A DNA stretch of 64,000 nucleotides from the NCBI GenBank assembly GCA_002269645.1, contig NIVC01003573.1, positions 26,544-90,543 of the forward strand, in the 5' to 3' direction. Below the pieces are notes generated by a model, which worked only from the letters and a program-made list of their open reading frames with translations, was not told where the DNA came from and ran no database searches. The translations under genes and the position numbers were made by a program. This DNA comes from Macrostomum lignano. Taxonomy: Eukaryota. Below, in pieces: positions 20,758 to 34,589 of the stretch (positions within the stretch are counted from its first letter, which is position 1; every line of letters starts with the position of its first letter).

Positions 20758-23700
20758 AATCTAGTCAATTACAGTTGAAGGAATACAATGGATTGCTAAT
20801 CTAGCCAATCACAGTTGAAGTAATACAATGGATTGCTAATCTAGTCAATTACAGTTGAAGTAATACAATGGATTGCTAATCTAGCCAATCACAGTTGAAG
20901 TAATACAATGGATTGCTAATCTAGTCAATTACAGTTGAAGTAATACAATGGATTGCTAATCTAGCCAATCACAGTTGAAGTAATACAATGGATTGCTAAT
21001 CTAGCCAATCACAGTTGAAGTAATACAATGGATTGCTAATCTAGTCAATTACAGTTGAAGTAATACAATGGATTGCTAATCTAGCCAATCACAGTTGAAG
21101 TAATACAATGGATTGCTAATCTAGTCAATTACAGTTGAAGGAATACAATGGATTGCTAATCTAGCCAATCACAGTTGAAGTAATACAATGGATTGCTAAT
21201 CTAGTCAATTACAGTTGAAGTAATACAATGGATTGCTAATCTAGCCAATCACAGTTGAAGTAATACAATGGATTGCTAATCTAGTCAATTACAGTTGAAG
21301 GAATACAATGGATTGCTAATCTAGCCAATCACAGTTGAAGTAATACAATGGATTGCTAATCTAGTCAATTACAGTTGAAGTAATACAATGGATTGCTAAT
21401 CTAGCCAATCACAGTTGAAGTAATACAATGGATTGCTAATCTAGTCAATTACAGTTGAAGGAATACAATGGATTGCTAATCTAGCCAATCACAGTTGAAG
21501 TAATACAATGGATTGCTAATCTAGTCAATTACAGTTGAAGTAATACAATGGATTGCTAATCTAGTCAATCACAGTTGAAGTAATACAATGGATTGCTAAT
21601 CTAGCCAATCACAGTTGAAGGAATACAATGGATAGCTAATCTAGCCAATTACAGTTGAAGGAATACAATGGATTGCTAATCTAGTCAATTACAGTTGAAG
21701 TAATACAATGGATTGCTAATCTAGTCAATTACAGTTGAAGTAATACAATGGATTGCTAATCTAGTCAATTACAGTTGAAGGAATACAATGGATTGCTAAT
21801 CTAGCCAATCACAGTTGAAGTAATACAATGGATTGCTAATCTAGTCAATTACAGTTGAAGTAATACAATGGATTGCTAATCTAGCCAATCACAGTTGAAG
21901 TAATACAATGGATTGCTAATCTAGTCAATTACAGTTGAAGTAATACAATGGATTGCTAATCTAGCCAATCACAGTTGAAGTAATACAATGGATTGCTAAT
22001 CTAGTCAATTACAGTTGAAGTAATACAATGGATTGCTAATCTAGTCAATTACAGTTGAAGTAATACAATGGATTGCTAATCTAGCCAATCACAGTTGAAG
22101 TAATACAATGGATTGCTAATCTAGTCAATTACAGTTGAAGTAATACAATGGATTGCTAATCTAGCCAATCACAGTTGAAGTAATACAATGGATTGCTAAT
22201 CTAGTCAATTACAGTTGAAGTAATACAATGGATTGCTAATCTAGCCAATCACAGTTGAAGTAATACAATGGATTGCTAATCTAGTCAATTACAGTTGAAG
22301 TAATACAATGGATTGCTAATCTAGCCAATCACAGTTGAAGTAATACAATGGATTGCTAATCTAGTCAATTACAGTTGAAGTAATACAATGGATTGCTAAT
22401 CTAGTCAATTACAGTTGAAGTAATACAATGGATTGCTAATCTAGCCAATCACAGTTGAAGTAATACAATGGATTGCTAATCTAGTCAATTACAGTTGAAG
22501 TAATACAATGGATTGCTAATCTAGCCAATCACAGTTGAAGTAATACAATGGATTGCTAATCTAGTCAATTACAGTTGAAGTAATACAATGGATTGCTAAT
22601 CTAGTCAATCACAGTTGAAGTAATACAATGGATTGCTAATCTAGTCAATTACAGTTGAAGTAATACAATGGATTGCTAATCTAGTCAATCACAGTTGAAG
22701 TAATACAATGGATTGCTAATCTAGTCAATTACAGTTGAAGTAATACAATGGATTGCTAATCTAGTCAATTACAGTTGAAGTAATACAATGGATTGCTAAT
22801 CTAGTCAATTACAGTTGAAGTAATACAATGGATTGCTAATCTAGCAATCACAGTTGAAGTAATACAATGGATTGCTAATCTAGCAATCACAGTTGAAGTA
22901 ATACAATGGATTGCTAATCTAGTCAATCACAGTTGAAGTAATACAATGGATTGCTAATCTAGTCAATCACAGTTGAAGTAATACAATGGATTGCTAATCT
23001 AGTCAATTACAGTTGAAGTAATACAATGGATTGCTAATCTAGTCAATTACAGTTGAAGTAATACAATGGATTGCTAATCTAGTCAATCACAGTTGAAGTA
23101 ATACAATGGATTGCTAATCTAGTCAATTACAGTTGAAGTAATACAATGGATTGCTAATCTAGTCAATCACAGTTGAAGTAATACAATGGATTGCTAATCT
23201 AGTCAATTACAGTTGAAGTAATACAATGGATTGCTAATCTAGTCAATTACAGTTGAAGTAATACAATGGATTGCTAATCTAGTCAATTACAGTTGAAGTA
23301 ATACAATGGATTGCTAATCTAGTCAATTACAGTTGAAGTAATACAATGGATTGCTAATCTAGTCAATTACAGTTGAAGTAATACAATGGATTGCTAATCT
23401 AGTCAATTACAGTTGAAGTAATACAATGGATTGCTAATCTAGTCAATTACAGTTGAAGTAATACAATGGATTGCTAATCTAGTCAATTACAGTTGAAGTA
23501 ATACAATGGATTGCTAATCTAGTCAATTACAGTTGAAGTAATACAATGGATTGCTAATCTAGTCAATCACAGTTGAAGTAATACAATGGATTGCTAATCT
23601 AGTCAATTACAGTTGAAGTAATACAATGGATTGCTAATCTAGTCAATTACAGTTGAAGTAATACAATGGATTGCTAATCTAGTCAATTACAGTTGAAGTA

Positions 23701-26700
23701 ATACAATGGATTGCTAATCTAGTCAATTACAGTTGAAGTAATACAATGGATTGCTAATCTAGTCAATTACAGTTGAAGTAATACAATGGATTGCTAATCT
23801 AGTCAATTACAGTTGAAGTAATACAATGGATTGCTAATCTAGTCAATTACAGTTGAAGTAATACAATGGATTGCTAATCTAGTCAATTACAGTTGAAGTA
23901 ATACAATGGATTGCTAATCTAGTCAATTACAGTTGAAGTAATACAATGGATTGCTAATCTAGTCAATTACAGTTGAAGTAATACAATGGATTGCTAATCT
24001 AGTCAATTACAGTTGAAGTAATACAATGGATTGCTAATCTAGTCAATTACAGTTGAAGTAATACAATGGATTGCTAATCTAGTCAATTACAGTTGAAGTA
24101 ATACAATGGATTGCTAATCTAGTCAATTACAGTTGAAGTAATACAATGGATTGCTAATCTAGTCAATTACAGTTGAAGTAATACAATGGATTGCTAATCT
24201 AGTCAATTACAGTTGAAGTAATACAATGGATTGCTAATCTAGTCAATTACAGTTGAAGTAATACAATGGATTGCTAATCTAGTCAATTACAGTTGAAGTA
24301 ATACAATGGATTGCTAATCTAGTCAATTACAGTTGAAGTAATACAATGGATTGCTAATCTAGTCAATTACAGTTGAAGTAATACAATGGATTGCTAATCT
24401 AGTCAATTACAGTTGAAGTAATACAATGGATTGCTAATCTAGTCAATTACAGTTGAAGTAATACAATGGATTGCTAATCTAGTCAATTACAGTTGAAGTA
24501 ATACAATGGATTGCTAATCTAGTCAATTACAGTTGAAGTAATACAATGGATTGCTAATCTAGTCAATTACAGTTGAAGTAATACAATGGATTGCTAATCT
24601 AGTCAATTACAGTTGAAGTAATACAATGGATTGCTAATCTAGTCAATTACAGTTGAAGTAATACAATGGATTGCTAATCTAGTCAATTACAGTTGAAGTA
24701 ATACAATGGATTGCTAATCTAGTCAATTACAGTTGAAGTAATACAATGGATTGCTAATCTAGTCAATTACAGTTGAAGTAATACAATGGATTGCTAATCT
24801 AGTCAATTACAGTTGAAGTAATACAATGGATTGCTAATCTAGTCAATCACAGTTGAAGTAATACAATGGATTGCTAATCTAGTCAATTACAGTTGAAGTA
24901 ATACAATGGATTGCTAATCTAGTCAATTACAGTTGAAGTAATACAATGGATTGCTAATCTAGTCAATTACAGTTGAAGTAATACAATGGATTGCTAATCT
25001 AGTCAATTACAGTTGAAGTAATACAATGGATTGCTAATCTAGTCAATTACAGTTGAAGTAATACAATGGATTGCTAATCTAGTCAATTACAGTTGAAGTA
25101 ATACAATGGATTGCTAATCTAGTCAATTACAGTTGAAGTAATACAATGGATTGCTAATCTAGTCAATTACAGTTGAAGTAATACAATGGATTGCTAATCT
25201 AGTCAATCACAGTTGAAGTAATACAATGGATTGCTAATCTAGTCAATTACAGTTGAAGTAATACAATGGATTGCTAATCTAGTCAATCACAGTTGAAGTA
25301 ATACAATGGATTGCTAATCTAGTCAATTACAGTTGAAGTAATACAATGGATTGCTAATCTAGTCAATTACAGTTGAAGTAATACAATGGATTGCTAATCT
25401 AGTCAATTACAGTTGAAGTAATACAATGGATTGCTAATCTAGTCAATTACAGTTGAAGTAATACAATGGATTGCTAATCTAGTCAATTACAGTTGAAGTA
25501 ATACAATGGATTGCTAATCTAGTCAATTACAGTTGAAGTAATACAATGGATTGCTAATCTAGTCAATTACAGTTGAAGTAATACAATGGATTGCTAATCT
25601 AGTCAATCACAGTTGAAGTAATACAATGGATTGCTAATCTAGTCAATTACAGTTGAAGTAATACAATGGATTGCTAATCTAGTCAATTACAGTTGAAGTA
25701 ATACAATGGATTGCTAATCTAGTCAATTACAGTTGAAGTAATACAATGGATTGCTAATCTAGTCAATTACAGTTGAAGTAATACAATGGATTGCTAATCT
25801 AGTCAATTACAGTTGAAGTAATACAATGGATTGCTAATCTAGTCAATTACAGTTGAAGTAATACAATGGATTGCTAATCTAGTCAATTACAGTTGAAGTA
25901 ATACAATGGATTGCTAATCTAGTCAATTACAGTTGAAGTAATACAATGGATTGCTAATCTAGTCAATTACAGTTGAAGTAATACAATGGATTGCTAATCT
26001 AGTCAATTACAGTTGAAGTAATACAATGGATTGCTAATCTAGTCAATTACAGTTGAAGTAATACAATGGATTGCTAATCTAGTCAATTACAGTTGAAGTA
26101 ATACAATGGATTGCTAATCTAGTCAATTACAGTTGAAGTAATACAATGGATTGCTAATCTAGTCAATTACAGTTGAAGTAATACAATGGATTGCTAATCT
26201 AGTCAATTACAGTTGAAGTAATACAATGGATTGCTAATCTAGTCAATTACAGTTGAAGTAATACAATGGATTGCTAATCTAGTCAATTACAGTTGAAGTA
26301 ATACAATGGATTGCTAATCTAGTCAATTACAGTTGAAGTAATACAATGGATTGCTAATCTAGTCAATTACAGTTGAAGTAATACAATGGATTGCTAATCT
26401 AGTCAATTACAGTTGAAGTAATACAATGGATTGCTAATCTAGTCAATTACAGTTGAAGTAATACAATGGATTGCTAATCTAGTCAATTACAGTTGAAGTA
26501 ATACAATGGATTGCTAATCTAGTCAATTACAGTTGAAGTAATACAATGGATTGCTAATCTAGTCAATTACAGTTGAAGTAATACAATGGATTGCTAATCT
26601 AGTCAATTACAGTTGAAGTAATACAATGGATTGCTAATCTAGTCAATCACAGTTGAAGTAATACAATGGATTGCTAATCTAGTCAATTACAGTTGAAGTA

Positions 26701-29700
26701 ATACAATGGATTGCTAATCTAGTCAATTACAGTTGAAGTAATACAATGGATTGCTAATCTAGTCAATCACAGTTGAAGTAATACAATGGATTGCTAATCT
26801 AGTCAATTACAGTTGAAGTAATACAATGGATTGCTAATCTAGTCAATTACAGTTGAAGTAATACAATGGATTGCTAATCTAGTCAATTACAGTTGAAGTA
26901 ATACAATGGATTGCTAATCTAGTCAATTACAGTTGAAGTAATACAATGGATTGCTAATCTAGTCAATTACAGTTGAAGTAATACAATGGATTGCTAATCT
27001 AGTCAATTACAGTTGAAGTAATACAATGGATTGCTAATCTAGTCAATTACAGTTGAAGTAATACAATGGATTGCTAATCTAGTCAATCACAGTTGAAGTA
27101 ATACAATGGATTGCTAATCTAGTCAATCACAGTTGAAGTAATACAATGGATTGCTAATCTAGTCAATTACAGTTGAAGTAATACAATGGATTGCTAATCT
27201 AGTCAATTACAGTTGAAGTAATACAATGGATTGCTAATCTAGTCAATCACAGTTGAAGTAATACAATGGATTGCTAATCTAGTCAATCACAGTTGAAGTA
27301 ATACAATGGATTGCTAATCTAGTCAATTACAGTTGAAGTAATACAATGGATTGCTAATCTAGTCAATCACAGTTGAAGTAATACAATGGATTGCTAATCT
27401 AGTCAATTACAGTTGAAGTAATACAATGGATTGCTAATCTAGTCAATTACAGTTGAAGTAATACAATGGATTGCTAATCTAGTCAATTACAGTTGAAGTA
27501 ATACAATGGATTGCTAATCTAGTCAATTACAGTTGAAGTAATACAATGGATTGCTAATCTAGTCAATTACAGTTGAAGTAATACAATGGATTGCTAATCT
27601 AGTCAATTACAGTTGAAGTAATACAATGGATTGCTAATCTAGTCAATCACAGTTGAAGTAATACAATGGATTGCTAATCTAGCAATCACAGTTGAAGTAA
27701 TACAATGGATTGCTAATCTAGTCAATTACAGTTGAAGTAATACAATGGATTGCTAATCTAGCCAATCACAGTTGAAGTAATACAATGGATTGCTAATCTA
27801 GCCAATCACAGTTGAAGTAATACAATGGATTGCTAATCTAGTCAATTACAGTTGAAGTAATACAATGGATTGCTAATCTAGTCAATTACAGTTGAAGTAA
27901 TACAATGGATTGCTAATCTAGTCAATCACAGTTGAAGTAATACAATGGATTGCTAATCTAGTCAATTACAGTTGAAGTAATACAATGGATTGCTAATCTA
28001 GTCAATTACAGTTGAAGTAATACAATGGATTGCTAATCTAGTCAATTACAGTTGAAGTAATACAATGGATTGCTAATCTAGTCAATTACAGTTGAAGTAA
28101 TACAATGGATTGCTAATCTAGTCAATCACAGTTGAAGTAATACAATGGATTGCTAATCTAGTCAATCACAGTTGAAGTAATACAATGGATTGCTAATCTA
28201 GTCAATTACAGTTGAAGTAATACAATGGATTGCTAATCTAGTCAATCACAGTTGAAGTAATACAATGGATTGCTAATCTAGTCAATCACAGTTGAAGTAA
28301 TACAATGGATTGCTAATCTAGTCAATCACAGTTGAAGTAATACAATGGATTGCTAATCTAGTCAATTACAGTTGAAGTAATACAATGGATTGCTAATCTA
28401 GTCAATTACAGTTGAAGTAATACAATGGATTGCTAATCTAGTCAATTACAGTTGAAGTAATACAATGGATTGCTAATCTAGTCAATCACAGTTGAAGTAA
28501 TACAATGGATTGCTAATCTAGCAATCACAGTTGAAGTAATACAATGGATTGCTAATCTAGCAATCACAGTTGAAGTAATACAATGGATTGCTAATCTAGT
28601 CAATTACAGTTGAAGTAATACAATGGATTGCTAATCTAGTCAATTACAGTTGAAGTAATACAATGGATTGCTAATCTAGTCAATCACAGTTGAAGTAATA
28701 CAATGGATTGCTAATCTAGTCAATCACAGTTGAAGTAATACAATGGATTGCTAATCTAGTCAATTACAGTTGAAGTAATACAATGGATTGCTAATCTAGT
28801 CAATTACAGTTGAAGTAATACAATGGATTGCTAATCTAGTCAATTACAGTTGAAGTAATACAATGGATTGCTAATCTAGTCAATTACAGTTGAAGTAATA
28901 CAATGGATTGCTAATCTAGTCAATCACAGTTGAAGTAATACAATGGATTGCTAATCTAGCCAATCACAGTTGAAGTAATACAATGGATTGCTAATCTAGC
29001 CAATCACAGTTGAAGTAATACAATGGATTGCTAATCTAGCCAATCACAGTTGAAGTAATACAATGGATTGCTAATCTAGTCAATCACAGTGTAAGTAATA
29101 CAATGGATTGCTAATCTAGTCAATCACTGTTGAAGTAATACAATGGATTGCTAATCTAGTCAATTACAGTTGAAGTAATACAATGGATTGCTAATCTAGT
29201 CAATTACAGTTGAAGTAATACAATGGATTGCTAATCTAGTCAATCACAGTTGAAGTAATACAATGGATTGCTAATCTAGCCAATCACAGTTGAAGTAATA
29301 CAATGGATTGCTAATCTAGCCAATCACAGTTGAAGTAATACAATGGATTGCTAATCTAGTCAATTACAGTTGAAGTAATACAATGGATTGCTAATCTAGC
29401 CAATTACAGTTGAAGTAATACAATGGATTGCTAATCTAGCCAATCACAGTTGAAGTAATACAATGGATTGCTAATCTAGCCAATCACAGTTGAAGTAATA
29501 CAATGGATTGCTAATCTAGCCAATCACAGTTGAAGTAATACAATGGATTGCTAATCTACAATTACAGTTGAAGTAATACAATGGATTGCTAATCTAGTCA
29601 ATTACAGTTGAAGTAATACAATGGATTGCTAATCTAGTCAATTACAGTTGAAGTAATACAATGGATTGCTAATCTAGCAATCACAGTTGAAGTAATACAA

Positions 29701-31993
29701 TGGATTGCTAATCTAGTCAATTACAGTTGAAGTAATACAATGGATTGCTAATCTAGTCAATCACAGTTGAAGTAATACAATGGATTGCTAATCTAGTCAA
29801 TTACAGTTGAAGTAATACAATGGATTGCTAATCTAGTCAATCACAGTTGAAGTAATACAATGGATTGCTAATCTAGTCAATTACAGTTGAAGTAATACAA
29901 TGGATTGCTAATCTAGTCAATTACAGTTGAAGTAATACAATGGATTGCTAATCTAGTCAATCACAGTTGAAGTAATACAATGGATTGCTAATCTAGTCAA
30001 TTACAGTTGAAGTAATACAATGGATTGCTAATCTAGCAATCACAGTTGAAGTAATACAATGGATTGCTAATCTAGTCAATTACAGTTGAAGTAATACAAT
30101 GGATTGCTAATCTAGTCAATTACAGTTGAAGTAATACAATGGATTGCTAATCTAGTCAATTACAGTTGAAGTAATACAATGGATTGCTAATCTAGTCAAT
30201 TACAGTTGAAGTAATACAATGGATTGCTAATCTAGCCAATCACAGTTGAAGTAATACAATGGATTGCTAATCTAGCCAATCACAGTTGAAGTAATACAAT
30301 GGATTGCTAATCTAGTCAATTACAGTTGAAGTAATACAATGGATTGCTAATCTAGTCAATCACAGTTGAAGTAATACAATGGATTGCTAATCTAGTCAAT
30401 CACAGTTGAAGTAATACAATGGATTGCTAATCTAGTCAATTACAGTTGAAGTAATACAATGGATTGCTAATCTAGTCAATTACAGTTGAAGTAATACAAT
30501 GGATTGCTAATCTAGTCAATTACAGTTGAAGTAATACAATGGATTGCTAATCTAGCCAATCACAGTTGAAGTAATACAATGGATTGCTAATCTAGTCAAT
30601 TACAGTTGAAGTAATACAATGGATTGCTAATCTAGCCAATCACAGTTGAAGTAATACAATGGATTGCTAATCTAGCCAATTATAGCTGAAGGAACAGAAT
30701 GGATTGCTAATCTGGCCAATCACAGTTGAAGTAATACAATGGATTGCTAATCTAGTCAATTACAGTTGAAGTAATACAATGGATTGCTAATCTAGTCAAT
30801 TACAGTTGAAGTAATACAATGGATTGCTAATCTAGTCAATCACAGTTGAAGTAATACAATGGATTGCTAATCTAGTCAATTACAGTTGAAGCAATACAAT
30901 GGATTGCTAATCTAGTCAATTACAGTTGAAGTAATACAATGGATTGCTAATCTAGTCAATCACAGTTGAAGTAATACAATGGATTGCTAATCTAGTCAAT
31001 TACAGTTGAAGGAATACAATGGATTGCTAATCTAGTCAATTACAGTTGAAGTAATACAATGGATTGCTAATCTAGTCAATTACAGTTGAAGTAATACAAT
31101 GGATTGCTAATCTAGTCAATTACAGTTAAAGTAATACAAGGGATTGCTAATCTAGTCAATCACAGTTGATGGAATACAATGGATTGCTAATCTACACAAT
31201 CACAGTTGAAGGAATACAAGGGATTGCTAATCTAGCCAATTATAGCTGAAGGAACAGAATGGATTGCTAATCTAGCAAATCACAGTTGAAGTAATACAAT
31301 GGATTGCTAATCTAGCCAATCACAGTTGAAGGAATACAATGGATTGCTAATCTAGTCAATCACAGTTGAAGGAATACAATGGATTGCTAATCTAGTCAAT
31401 CACAGTTGAAGGAATACAATGGATTGCTAATCTAGCCAATCACAGTTGAAGGAATACAATGGATTGCTAATCTAGCCAATCATAGTTGAAGTAATACAAT
31501 GGATTGCTAATCTAGCCAATCACAGTTGAAGTAATACAATGGATTGCTAATCTAGCCAATCACAGTTGAAGGAACAGAATGGATTGCTAATCTAGCCAAT
31601 CACAGTTGAAGGAACAGAATGGATTGCTAATCTAGTCAATCACAGTTAAAGGAATACAATGGATTGCTAATCTAGCCAATCACAGTTGAAGGAACAGAAT
31701 GGATTGCTAATCTAGCCAATCACAGTTGAAGGAATACAATGGATTGCTAATCTAGCCAATCATAGTTGAAGTAATACAATGGATTGCTAATCTAGCCAAT
31801 CACAGTTGAAGTAATACAATGGATTGCTAATCTAGCCAATCACAGTTGAAGGAACAGAATGGATTGCTAATCTAGCCAATCACAGTTGAAGGAACAGAAT
31901 GGATTGCTAATCTAGCCAATCACAGTTGAAGGAACAGAATGGATTGCTAATCTAGCCAATCACGAATAATGGATCACAATGGATTGCTAATCC
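20758..31993 (+). repeat. 40-bp satellite, ~280 copies (~11.2 kb)
   Basis: Same unit as 11661-13591; homogeneous core, mixed variants at the 5' end, diverged 3' end. Confidence 0.99.
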
Positions 31994-32092
31994 ATTCGAT
32001 CTATAAACTTATATTGACATCCAATCGCGCAACACGCAACTAAGACTAAGTATAACAAACCTATTTCTCCTCCCAAACTTCAAACATTTCAG

Positions 32093-32246
32093 TGACCACA
32101 CTGCCGCAGGTCCAGACCAGCACCATCATTGCGGTTGGCGCGAGCTGCTCCGTAGTGATCATAGTGTTAGTATCCGTGCTCACTTATTTCTGCTGCAAAA
32201 GACCAAAGACCTACAAGGAGATGGACCAGCTTGGCACAACCAGCAA
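32093..32246 (+). CDS. IgSF gene exon F (transmembrane helix)
   Basis: Acceptor ATTTCAG, phase 1 matches exon E; TIIAVGASCSVVIIVLVSVLTYFCCKRPK is a hydrophobic helix followed by basic residues; donor AA|GTGAGT. Confidence 0.8.
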
Positions 32247-32809
32247 GTGAGTATTCGGCTGACAAGCTCGAATTTTAGATTAGGGGATTCTGGGCCATTT
32301 GCCCATTTCACTATCCAATCTTCATCCACTAGCTCTAATACCACTCTAATGGACGGGTACACGGAATCTAGTTTAAGACAACTTCATCGCTTAGTTGGCT
32401 CTGGAACTATTACGTAACACAGCCTACCAGCAGTTGACAGATCGATAAGTGGAGGCATAGCCTCTTACAGGGGGAGAAAGGATATTTTAAGGACAAGCCT
32501 GTATTGAAGATATCCCCCAGCTTGAGTGACAGACTCGCAGGCCCATTTAATCTCAATAATCCAGTACGAGTAAATCTATATGCTGGACTCAGTGAGGCCG
32601 CTTCGAGATGAGTTTGAAACTGATTGCTTATTTATCTGGATCGGAGTGGCGTTACGGCCATGTCGTTTGTGCTCTGGAAAATTCAATATTTCCAGACTGT
32701 AATGTGATTAGAATTTCTCAGCCATGTTCAACTCACTGTGTGGGTGTGCAAATTTGTGGAGAAACTAATGGAATAAACTGATTTCTCGAAACTCGTATCC
32801 GTTCGGCGC

Positions 32810-34070
32810 TAAGCTCAGCAATCATTAAGCGCCAAATTCAGCAGTCATTAGGCGCCAAACTCGGCAATCATTAAGCGCCAAATTCAGAAATCATTAAGCG
32901 CCAAACTCAGCAATCATTAAGCGCCAAACTCAGCAGTCATTAAGCGCCAAACTCAGCAGTCATTAAGCGCCAAGCTCAGCAATCATTAAGCGCCAAGCTC
33001 AGCAATCATTAAGCGCCAAACTCAGCAATCATTAAGCGCCAAGCTTAGCAACCATTAAGCGCCAAATTCACCAATCATTAAGCGCCAAACTCAGCAATCA
33101 TTAAGCGCCAAACTCAGCAAACATTAAGCGCCAAATTCACCAAGTATTAAGCGCCAAATTTACCAATCATTAAGCGCCAAATTCACCAATCATTAAGCGC
33201 CAAATTCACCAATGATTAAGCTCCAAACTCAGCAGTCATTAAGCGCCAAACTCAGCAATCATTAAGCGCCACACTCAGCAATCATTAAGTGCCAAATTCA
33301 CCAATTATAAAGTGCCAAATTCACCAATTATTAAGTGCCAAATTCACCGATTATTAAGTGCCAAACTCAGCAATCATTAGGCGCCAAATTCACCAATTTT
33401 AGCGACAAATTCACCAATCATTAAGCGCCAAACTCAGCAATCATTAAGCGCCAAACTCAGCAATCATTAAGCGCCAAACTCAGCAATTATTAAGCGCCAC
33501 ACTCAGAAATCATTAAGCGCCAAACTCAGCAATCATTAAGCGCCAAACTCAGCAATAATTAAGCGCCAAACTCAGCAATTATTAAGCGTCACACTCAGAA
33601 ATCATTAAGCGCCAAACTCAGCAATCATTAAGCGCCAAACTCAGCAATAATTAAGCGCCAAACTCAGCAATCATTAAGCGTCACACTCAGAAATCATTAA
33701 GTGCCAAATTCACCAATTATAAAGTGCCAAATTCACCAATTATTAAGTGCCAAATTCACCGATTATTAAGTGCCAAACTCAGCAATCATTAGGCGCCAAA
33801 TTCACCAATTTTTAGCGACAAATTCACCAATCATTAAGCGCCAAACTCAGCAATCATTAAGCGCCAAACTCAGCAATCATTAAGCGCCAAACTCAGCAAT
33901 TATTAAGCGCCACACTCAGAAATCATTAAGCGCCAAACTCAGCAATCATTAAGCGCCAAACTCAGCAATAATTAAGCGCCAAACTCAGCAATTATTAAGC
34001 GTCACACTCAGAAATCATTAAGCGCCAAACTCAGCAATCATTAAGCGCCAAGCTCAGCAATGAAGCACCG
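32810..34070 (+). repeat. 23-bp minisatellite (AATCATTAAGCGCCAAACTCAGC)n
   Basis: Visible array in intron F-G with block duplications. Confidence 0.95.
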
Positions 34071-34108
34071 AACCCAAACTCATTAAGCAGCTGTTTTCAC
34101 TCCCTCAG

Positions 34109-34571
34109 CGCTCACCAGGCCAGCCCGCCATCCTCCCAGTGCCACTACGGCCAAGTGTCGGACGGCAAGCCTTACGTGCTGGTGCCGCCGCACCAGTCCT
34201 TCTCCGCCGACGACCTCGCCTCCGTAGCGGCTGCCGCAGCCACCGCCGCCGCCGCTGGCGCTGCGAACTCCTCGAGTAGCCAGTCGAGCAGCGGAGCCAA
34301 CAAGCCGCTGATTGCTCAGCCAAGATACGGCGCCGACTCGAGACGAGGCTCGACTTTTCTACCGCCATCGAAATCGTTCGAGCCAAGCAGCGGACAACTG
34401 GATTTGCAGCTGCGGCAGCAGGAGCATCCATTGCCGCTGACTTCTTCTTTTGGCGACAGGCGTCGGAGCGGCGGCCAGGTGGTGTTTGCGACCCGAGGCA
34501 GCGGGGACAGCCCACTGGACTGTGAGTTGCTCTGGGAAACTTCGGGTGTTTTGGCTGGCTCTGCACTTTGA
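34109..34571 (+). CDS. IgSF gene terminal exon G (cytoplasmic tail)
   Basis: Acceptor TCCCTCAG, phase 2 matches exon F; in frame with ORF 34155..34571 (Ala/Ser-rich tail), stop TGA. Confidence 0.72.
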
Positions 34572-34589
34572 CGTACCTGGAAAATAATC

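Noticed and set aside
20758-31993. CRISPR-like array
   Set aside because: Units are head-to-tail with no unique spacers and no cas genes; the context is eukaryotic (spliced genes).
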